Of a DNA stretch of 64,000 nucleotides, positions 56,798-64,000 are shown in pieces (within the stretch, counting starts at the first letter, position 1; each line of letters begins with the position of its first letter). A model generated the notes under the pieces. The model was not told the DNA's origin. It saw nothing but the letters and a program-made list of their open reading frames with translations, and did not search any database. The DNA comes from Candidatus Latescibacterota bacterium (lineage in GTDB: Bacteria; Latescibacterota; CBDEFO01). The stretch is taken from NCBI GenBank assembly GCA_965248755.1, contig OZ252149.1:2816001-2880000 (forward strand). Reading direction: 5' to 3'. The position numbers were made by a program, and so were the translations under genes.

Positions 56798-57811
56798 TCA
56801 GGGCTTTTGTGCACGAGAGGTCAAGTCGTTGCGCGTCTGCCCTGCTATGTTATGGTGCTTCTCGCCCGACGCATCCACGGGGTCAACGTGTATGGTGGCA
56901 TTGGAGAGGTAGCCCAGGTGATTCAAAAGTTGGCTCTGTACCTTATTGGCTATCTCATGCCCTTGTGCCACGGTTAGCTCGGATTCCACAGCGATGTTCA
57001 CTTCGGCGTGCAGTCGATGTCCTATCCATCTTACTCTAACTTCGGTGACCTCGCGGACCTCTGAAACTTGATTCGCAGCTCCTCTTGCCTCCTGGATGAT
57101 CTCAGGATCTACTCCGTCTAAAAGGCGGCTGAATACGGATTTTCCAGCTTTCCACACTATCCAGAGAATCGCAGCGGTGATAAGGAGTCCTACAATGGGG
57201 TCTGACAGCGGATAGCCGAGCCAGATGCCCAGCGCTCCGAACAACACAGCAAGACTGGTCCAGCCGTCTACGCGCGCGTGGTAACCGTCCGCAACAAGAG
57301 CCGCACTGCCTATCTCCTTGCCTACCTTAATGCGGAAAAGTGCAACAGCTTCATTGCCCCCAAACCCAACTATCGAAGCGGTGATCACCGCCCACAGATG
57401 CTCTACATTCTGCGGATGTATTAACCGATTGATCGATTCGTACCCCGCGATAACAGCGCTGAACAGAATAATAAACACGATAACTACTCCGGCAAGATCT
57501 TCAACCCTGCCGTAGCCGTAAGAGAATCTCCTGTTGGGCTTTATGCTCACAAGCTTGAAAGCGATCCACAGTGGGAGAGCTGTGGCAGCATCGCCGAAGT
57601 TGTGAATCGTATCTGCCAAAAGAGCAACGCTTCCAGAGAGCCAGACGACCAGGACCTGGAGCAGTGCAGTAAGCATCAGTACGGAAAATGACCATTTAAT
57701 AGCCCAGATTCCCCGATCACTACTCATCACTGCAGGGTCCACAACTCCGTGGGTATGGCTGTGTGAACCGGGATGATCGCCCTTGTGCGAATGCCTGTGT
57801 CCTGACACCAT
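56798..57811 (-). CDS. Cation diffusion facilitator (CDF) transporter
   Basis: His-rich N-terminus, ALLADTIHNFGD, FSYGYGRVEDL, ADGYHARVD and a C-terminal dimerisation domain (IHVDP). Confidence 0.93.
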   Translation of the reverse strand: MVSGHRHSHKGDHPGSHSHTHGVVDPAVMSSDRGIWAIKWSFSVLMLTALLQVLVVWLSGSVALLADTIHNFGDAATALPLWIAFKLVSIKPNRRFSYGYGRVEDLAGVVIVFIILFSAVIAGYESINRLIHPQNVEHLWAVITASIVGFGGNEAVALFRIKVGKEIGSAALVADGYHARVDGWTSLAVLFGALGIWLGYPLSDPIVGLLITAAILWIVWKAGKSVFSRLLDGVDPEIIQEARGAANQVSEVREVTEVRVRWIGHRLHAEVNIAVESELTVAQGHEIANKVQSQLLNHLGYLSNATIHVDPVDASGEKHHNIAGQTRNDLTSRAQKP

Positions 57812-58380
57812 ATGCCCTGTCTCTACAGATTCTGAAAGACCTTACTTAATGTTCTTGCAGGCTCCTTCAAAGCTTCGGATATACCCGATTGATTCTATCG
57901 GGATCGGTAAGCTTAGTAGTTACACACTTGGTATTTCTAACAGATAGATCTATCCACGAATAGCGTATTCAGTTGCCGTAGAAAATGACACGACACTTCT
58001 CTCCTACAAAGTGGATATAATATCTCTTGATTGTCCATATCGTAGGACAATAATAATGGAGTCGGCATAGTTTGTCAAGGTCTCATTTTGCAAGAATTCC
58101 AGAAGGCTTCCTAGTACGATTAAGACTCTGAATATGCAAAGATTACATCATCACAATCAGGACTCCTCCTCCAGGGCAGCACGTCAACTCCCTGTAAGCC
58201 ATTGAGGCGCTTAGAAATATTCACCCAACGGAGCCCCTATCCACAAAATGTCCAGATAAGAAGGTAAAATCGTGCCCTTTCCTCTCCCAAGAAACTTGTA
58301 GTTGACATTGGATCGGTAATTTCATAATATTATAGAGAAACTGTGTCTTTATGTGTAACTTCAGCACAGAGGACAGAGGG

Positions 58381-59159
58381 ATGTACAGGATAACCAGATA
58401 GACAAAAGACATCCCCCCGTCTTGGAGATAGACCCTGGTGAGATTGTGGTCTTGGAGACGTACGACGCCCGCACAGGTACGATACAGTCTGAGGAGGACA
58501 TTCTGGATCGTCCGCACCCTGTGGGTTGCAACCCTTCTACAGGATCTATCTACGTAAGAGGGGCAGAGCCCGGCAACAGTCTCGTCGTGGAAATAGAGAA
58601 GATAGAACTTTGTGACCGGGGTTTCGTCGCAGTAAAAGCCGGTGAGGGGTTTTTAGCGCATGGCTCTTAGCACATATGGCTCCCAGATTCGGTACCAGCA
58701 TGGTCTCTGTTGAGGGCATGGAACTCATCTTCAGCGACAAGACAAGATTTCCCGCAAAGCCGATGGTCGGTGTCATCGGAACTGCTCCCGAGGGAGAGGG
58801 GGTAAGGACAGGACTTCCCGGATCTCACGGCGGAAACATGGACAACACCGAAGCAAAAGAAGGCTCCAAAATCCATCTCCCTGTCTTAGTTCCAGGTGTT
58901 CTCCTTTTGATCGGAGACGTACACGCCTCTATGGGAGATGGAGAGATATCCAATCTCGGTTTAGAGAGATATGCACCGAAGTCACGGTCAAAGTAGATCT
59001 CCTCAAAGGAGAGACCATATAGAGGCCATGGATAGAGACTCTCCCGACGCCTGGGTCAGCATAGGCGATGCTTATGACCTTTCTGAAGCGCAAGGGGAGA
59101 CCTCAAAATATCTCAGTGCTGTGATCCGGGAGAATTCCCCGCAACCACGAGGGTCGTAA
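58381..59159 (+). pseudogene. Acetamidase/formamidase family pseudogene
   Basis: HPPVLEIDPGE..LETYDA, NPSTGSIYVRGAEPG, PMVGVIGTAP, HGGNMD and GDVHASMGDGE; frameshift near the start, internal TAG at 58668-58670 and further frameshifts. Confidence 0.85.
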
Positions 59160-59353
59160 TGCCTAAACTCTCAAGCTAATATGTTCTATTACAAAGATGA
59201 GTGTAGCGCGAACCCCTGTGTGGTGGAGGAAGAGATCTGGCGACAAGCCACGAAGTGGTTCGCCCAAATTTCGGGCGGATGCACTGGGAAAGCCCCTACA
59301 GATCTGTCTGGCATATCCCAGAACTTTCTGGGGAAAAGGATCAGGAGACATAA

Positions 59354-61198
59354 ATGCCCAGCAGGATAAAGATACTCCCACTGAGCCTGTCCAACAAGAT
59401 AGCAGCAGGAGAAGTTGTCGAACGCCCCGCATCTGTCGTCAAGGAACTGATCGAAAACTCAATAGATGCAGGCGCCTTGAGGATAAGTGTAGAGGTCGCC
59501 GCTGGCGGCAAGCAGGCAATAAGGGTCTCCGACGACGGAACTGGAATGTCCAAAGACGAGGTTGCCCTGGCGTTAGAACGCCACGCCACAAGCAAGATTT
59601 CATCTGAGTCCGATCTGGAGTCTATAGTCTCACTCGGATTCAGGGGCGAAGCCCTGCCCAGCATAGCCTCCGTCTCCAAGATGGCAGTCGAATCGCGCTC
59701 TTCCGAAGACCCTACAGGGACAAAGGTGGTCGCAGAAGGGGGAAAGATCAAAGCTATAGAGGACATGGGCAGAGATACGGGAACCACTGTAACTGTAAGC
59801 CGACTCTTTTACAACACTCCTGCAAGGAGAAAATTTCTGAAAGGCACTGACACTGAGATGAGGCACATCACCCGCACTGTAGCCGATCATGCTCTGGCCT
59901 ATCCGGAAATAGGTTTTACGCTTATGCACAGCCGCAGAGAGATATTCCGCCTTCTCAGAGGCTCAAACGTCAACAAGAGAGTCGAAGATATCTTCGGGAG
60001 TTCAGTAATGAAGCGAACGGTGCCCCTGTGCCTTGACGGAAAAGGCATCGCCATCGAGGGCTTCATCGGCGATCCGGAGATAGCGAGGAAATCCAGACTG
60101 CATCAGGCTATATTTGTGAACAGGCGTCCCATAACCAGTAAGATCCTCAACCACGCTATCTATGCCGCCTACGAGGGCCTCCTTCCCAAAGACAGCCACC
60201 CATTCTTTGCCGTCTTTTTCCAGATAGACCCCAGATACGTGGACGTCAACGTTCATCCCGCAAAAAGAGAGGTGCGCTTCTCAGATGATCAAAAAGTCCA
60301 CGATGCTCTATACGAATGTGTAAGGTCAGCCCTCTCTACCGGAGGGTTGATCCCCCAGATGGACATTCCTCAAGTCCAGGAACCCCGTGCTTCCAGCCCA
60401 ACTGTGCGTGACACGCAGACAGAGTCGTCCCCCGTATACGAAAAGCAGAACCGAGAGCTCTTTGGGTCGAAGATGGACGAGGCACCCCAGGAATACCTAC
60501 AATCTGATCTCTCCCCCAAGAAGGATCTGAGCTCTCAGTTCTCTCTACCCCTATCCAGCACAGAAAAGGTCCTCAGGTCTTCGGTTTCGAAACCTCAAGA
60601 AGAGGAGATACACCACACAGCATCGGAGCACGCTGATGTCTCTTTATGGCAGCTCCACGAGAAATACATCTTCGCCCGCATCAAAAACGGACTCATAATA
60701 GTCGATCAGCATGTCGCCCACGAGCGCATCATCTATGAGGAGACCTTGAAGAACTTAAGCGAAGCCCCCGCATCGGCACAGCAGCTGCTTTTGCCTGTCA
60801 CAATGGAGTTAGGGGTAAAGGAGATCGAAGTTTTGATGGAGATCATCCCCCTCTTAGAGCAGATGGGATTCGGCATGAGAGACTTCGGAGGGAGAACCGT
60901 AGTTATCGATGCTGTCCCCGCAGATATTATGAGCAGTTGGGGCGATGGAGAGGTGTTGAAGGCCATTATAGACGATATAATTCAAGAGGGTCACCCCAAA
61001 TCAGAGTACAAGGAAGAGCTAGCGGCGTCGTACGCCTGCCACACCTCCATAAAGGCTGGACAGGGTCTATCCACCGCGGAGATGCAGACCCTCATAGACC
61101 GGCTCTTCGCCACGGAAAATCCCTTCGTATGTCCGCACGGACGCCCCATTGTGGTCAGAATGCCCATCGAAGAACTCGATAAGAGATTCGGAAGGTGA
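59354..61198 (+). CDS. mutL: DNA mismatch repair endonuclease MutL
   Basis: IAAGEVVERPASVVKELIENSIDAG, GFRGEAL, DVNVHPAKREV, DQHVAHERI, ACH and CPHGRP. Confidence 0.98.
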   Translation: MPSRIKILPLSLSNKIAAGEVVERPASVVKELIENSIDAGALRISVEVAAGGKQAIRVSDDGTGMSKDEVALALERHATSKISSESDLESIVSLGFRGEALPSIASVSKMAVESRSSEDPTGTKVVAEGGKIKAIEDMGRDTGTTVTVSRLFYNTPARRKFLKGTDTEMRHITRTVADHALAYPEIGFTLMHSRREIFRLLRGSNVNKRVEDIFGSSVMKRTVPLCLDGKGIAIEGFIGDPEIARKSRLHQAIFVNRRPITSKILNHAIYAAYEGLLPKDSHPFFAVFFQIDPRYVDVNVHPAKREVRFSDDQKVHDALYECVRSALSTGGLIPQMDIPQVQEPRASSPTVRDTQTESSPVYEKQNRELFGSKMDEAPQEYLQSDLSPKKDLSSQFSLPLSSTEKVLRSSVSKPQEEEIHHTASEHADVSLWQLHEKYIFARIKNGLIIVDQHVAHERIIYEETLKNLSEAPASAQQLLLPVTMELGVKEIEVLMEIIPLLEQMGFGMRDFGGRTVVIDAVPADIMSSWGDGEVLKAIIDDIIQEGHPKSEYKEELAASYACHTSIKAGQGLSTAEMQTLIDRLFATENPFVCPHGRPIVVRMPIEELDKRFGR

Positions 61199-61259
61199 AC
61201 CGAGAGTTGTAGACAGGGAAACTCCTCTCCCGCCTGTCTACTCATTTGATGACCCCTGT

Positions 61260-62177
61260 ATGAGAAAACTGCCCCTGATAGTCGGACCCACAGGAATAGG
61301 CAAGACCGAACTTTCCCACCAAATCGCAGATAGGCTCAAAGACGTTGAAATTGTCTGTGCCGATTCGCGACAGGTCTACAGGTACCTCAACGTAGGCACG
61401 GCAAAACCTACGCAAACCCAAATGTCTCAAGTGCCGCATCACTTCATAGATATAGTCGATCCCGACTGTACATACACTGCCGGGGTCTATGGGAAAGAGG
61501 CAAGAAGGGTCATAGACGACATCTTCAAAAGACGTAAACACCCCATAGTCGTGGGCGGCTCCGGTCTCTACATCCGCGCCCTCTTAGACGGGCTCTTCGA
61601 GGAGGAACTCACAGACCCCGAAGTAAAAAGACAGCTCCAGAAAGAAATAGAGTCGAAAGGTCCGCAAGACCTCCATTATGAACTATCCCGCGTCGATCCT
61701 GCCTCAGCTCAAAGGTTACATCCAAACGATAGACAGAGGATAGTCCGAGCTCTTTTGGTCTTCCGATCCAGCGGATATCCTCTTTCCTATCTCCACGAAA
61801 CTTCTCCCCCGCAAGAGTTGGGCGCAGAGCCCTTAATCTTCGGCATCACCACGGAAAGAGGAAAACTATACCGGAAGATAGAAGAAAGAGTGGATAAGAT
61901 GATACGAGATGGTCTTATAGATGAGGTGAGATCGATCCTTGAAATGGGTTATTCAAAGGACCTCAACTCGCTCCAGACAGTGGGATACAGAGAGGTATTC
62001 CCCCTTTTGGACGGACAGGCAACGCTCCAGGAGACTACGGACGCCATCAAGAGGAACTCCAGAAGATACGCCAAGAGACAGTTCACGTGGTTCAGAGGCG
62101 ATAGCAGAATAAGATGGGTGGAAAAGAGAGAGAAAGAGTCTATTATAGAGGAACTTGAGGCGTGCCTGGGGTCTTGA
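61260..62177 (+). CDS. miaA: tRNA (adenosine(37)-N6)-dimethylallyltransferase
   Basis: GPTGIGKT, DSRQVY, GTAKP, VGGSGLY, HPND.QR and RRYAKRQFTWF; probable ATG at 61260. Confidence 0.97.
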   Translation: MRKLPLIVGPTGIGKTELSHQIADRLKDVEIVCADSRQVYRYLNVGTAKPTQTQMSQVPHHFIDIVDPDCTYTAGVYGKEARRVIDDIFKRRKHPIVVGGSGLYIRALLDGLFEEELTDPEVKRQLQKEIESKGPQDLHYELSRVDPASAQRLHPNDRQRIVRALLVFRSSGYPLSYLHETSPPQELGAEPLIFGITTERGKLYRKIEERVDKMIRDGLIDEVRSILEMGYSKDLNSLQTVGYREVFPLLDGQATLQETTDAIKRNSRRYAKRQFTWFRGDSRIRWVEKREKESIIEELEACLGS

Positions 62178-62278
62178 ATGTTTTTGATAAGTTGTTGAAA
62201 AATCTGTGCTTCTATTTTCTAATGTCAAGAATAGATCAGTTGATTACAACTTTGATTTAGAACCCTCTGCGCAAAGTC

Positions 62279-62307
62279 TTGACTACTGATCGTAAACACT
62301 GTATATT
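62279..62307 (+). promoter_or_regulatory. Sigma70-type promoter upstream of dxs
   Basis: TTGACT-17 nt-TATATT. Confidence 0.55.
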
Positions 62308-62389
62308 TATAGAATAACATTAATCTGAAAAAAGTGGGGATGCTGATGGGGGACGCTTTTGAAAATGGAACCTCTTGAGGAGAAATATC

Positions 62390-64000
62390 ATGAAATACCT
62401 ATGGGGGGTCAATTACCCGGAGGATTTGAAAAAGCTCTCTTTAGATGAGTTGGAGATATTGGCAGGAGAGATCAGAGAGTATGTCATCTCTGTGGTCACC
62501 GAGATTGGTGGCCATCTGGGCGGAAGCTTAGGTGCTGTGGAGTTGACTATAGCTCTGCACTACGCCTTCGAGGCGCCGGTGGACAAGTTAGTCTGGGATG
62601 TGGGTCATCAGGCGTACGTGCATAAGGTACTGACGGGAAGACGAGAGTCCCTAAAAAACATACGCCGCAAAGGGGGGATCAGCGGCTTTTTGAGGAGGAT
62701 TGAAAGCCAGTATGATGTGTTCGGCGCGGGACACGCGGGCACTTCGATCTCGGCTGCTCTGGGTTTTGCGGCAATGAGAGACCTTAAGGGGGAGGACTTT
62801 AAGGTTGTGGCGATAATAGGAGACGGCGGGCTGACCAGTGGAATGTCGTACGAGGCCCTGAATAACGCCGGAGCATCAGAAAGAGATATGATCGTTGTCC
62901 TGAACGACAACAGCATGTCTATCTCTCCGAACGTGGGGGCTATATCGAGCTATCTGACGAAGATAATAACTGACCCCCTCTACAACAAGATTAAGGCGGA
63001 TATATGGAAGCTGACGGGCAAGATCCCGTCTGTGGGCCAGGGAGTGAGGGCTTTGGTCAGTAGAATAGATGAGGGTTTGAAGAATCTGTTAGTCCCGGGG
63101 ATGTTGTTCGAGGAATTGGGGTTCAGGTATATAGGGCCAATTGATGGTCATAACTTGGAGGAAGTGATAACGACCCTGGGGAACATAAAGGAACTTAAAA
63201 GGCCAATTTTGCTGCACGTTGTGACTCAAAAGGGGAAGGGGATGAACGATGTGGAGGGTGACCCGCAGAGGTATCACAGCGTGAGTCCCGCCAGTCCCAA
63301 AAAGAAGGGGAAGAGCGTTCCTAAATACATGGACGTTTTCGGAGAGACGTTGGTGGATATCGCCCGAAAGGACGATAGAGTGACGGCTATCACTGCGGCT
63401 ATGTGCGATGGGACAGGTTTGACTTCGTTCTGCCAGAGGTTTCCCGACAGGTTTTTCGACGTAGGCATCGCAGAGCAGCACGCTGTGACCTTTGCTGCGG
63501 GATTAGCGGCTGAGGGAGGAAGACCTGTGGCGGCCATCTATTCGACTTTTCTTCAGAGGTCGTTCGATCAGATCATCCACGACGTGGCGCTTCAGTCGCT
63601 TCCGGTCGTATTTGCGCTGGATAGAGCCGGATTGGTCGGCGAGGACGGCCCGACGCACCACGGTGCCTTTGACCTCTCGTATATGAACCTCATCCCGAAT
63701 ATGATCGTCTCGGCTCCTAAGGATGGAGATGAACTTAAGGACCTCCTTCATACAGCTATCTGCCAGACCGAGAGGCCTTTCGCCTTGAGGTATCCCAGAG
63801 ACTCGGTGAAAGGGGAGTTTGAGGACAGAGATCCCAGGATTCTAAAGATAGGGAGCTGGGAGGAGCTTGAAGGGGGGGAGGATCTGGCGATCTTGGCTGT
63901 AGGGACGATGGTGCAGCCTGCTCTGGAGGTAAGTGAGGTCCTGGCCCTGGAGGGTTACAGCGTAGGAGTAATCAACTGCCGGTTTGTAAAACCTATGGAT
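62390..64000 (+). CDS. dxs: 1-deoxy-D-xylulose-5-phosphate synthase (runs off window end; not in the ORF track)
   Basis: Manual translation gives MKYLWGVNYPEDLKKL...GGHLGGSLGAVELT...WDVGHQAY.HK...GAGHAGTSIS...GDGG...LNDN...DVGIAEQHA...YSTFLQR...GEDGPTHHG. Confidence 0.96.
   Translation, partial: MKYLWGVNYPEDLKKLSLDELEILAGEIREYVISVVTEIGGHLGGSLGAVELTIALHYAFEAPVDKLVWDVGHQAYVHKVLTGRRESLKNIRRKGGISGFLRRIESQYDVFGAGHAGTSISAALGFAAMRDLKGEDFKVVAIIGDGGLTSGMSYEALNNAGASERDMIVVLNDNSMSISPNVGAISSYLTKIITDPLYNKIKADIWKLTGKIPSVGQGVRALVSRIDEGLKNLLVPGMLFEELGFRYIGPIDGHNLEEVITTLGNIKELKRPILLHVVTQKGKGMNDVEGDPQRYHSVSPASPKKKGKSVPKYMDVFGETLVDIARKDDRVTAITAAMCDGTGLTSFCQRFPDRFFDVGIAEQHAVTFAAGLAAEGGRPVAAIYSTFLQRSFDQIIHDVALQSLPVVFALDRAGLVGEDGPTHHGAFDLSYMNLIPNMIVSAPKDGDELKDLLHTAICQTERPFALRYPRDSVKGEFEDRDPRILKIGSWEELEGGEDLAILAVGTMVQPALEVSEVLALEGYSVGVINCRFVKPMD

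Noticed and set aside
50950..59350. Genomic island integrated at tRNA-His
   Set aside because: No integrase gene, and I found no duplicated tRNA 3' end downstream.
62299..62316. LexA (SOS) box upstream of dxs
   Set aside because: CTGTATATTTAT lacks the ACAG right half-site and is better explained as the -10 region.
62608..63751. Minus-strand ORFs in the last 1.4 kb
   Set aside because: They are antisense shadows of dxs, which runs off the window on the plus strand.

Overview
A 64-kb chromosomal segment of a diderm bacterium. The gene repertoire (DUF4159/DUF4175/MoxR/DUF58, phoH-HDIG-ybeY-corC, M28-FtsX/OPT pair, DGGGPS-like UbiA) suggests an FCB-group or related candidate phylum such as Latescibacterota; this is an inference only. 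Housekeeping genes: trpEG(D), HU/IHF, nfo, the phoH operon, mutL, miaA and dxs. Intergenic spaces carry several REP-like palindrome families and a number of decayed genes, including an IS3-like remnant. Three loci stand out. (1) A cassette of tRNA-His(GUG), a structured RNA spacer, a HisRS-like gene, an archaeal EF-1alpha-like GTPase, a short HisG and HisD. All four proteins deviate at substrate-binding motifs, so this may be a dedicated tRNA/synthetase/elongation-factor/biosynthesis module for histidine or a histidine analogue. (2) A secreted FG-GAP/ASPIC-UnbV/thioredoxin gene with an in-frame TGA followed by a bacterial SECIS-like hairpin, i.e. a candidate selenoprotein. (3) A giant M28 pseudo-peptidase/MacB-FtsX fusion paired with an OPT-type transporter that carries a permuted FN3-like insert. 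All family calls come from motif recognition by eye; no database searches were run.
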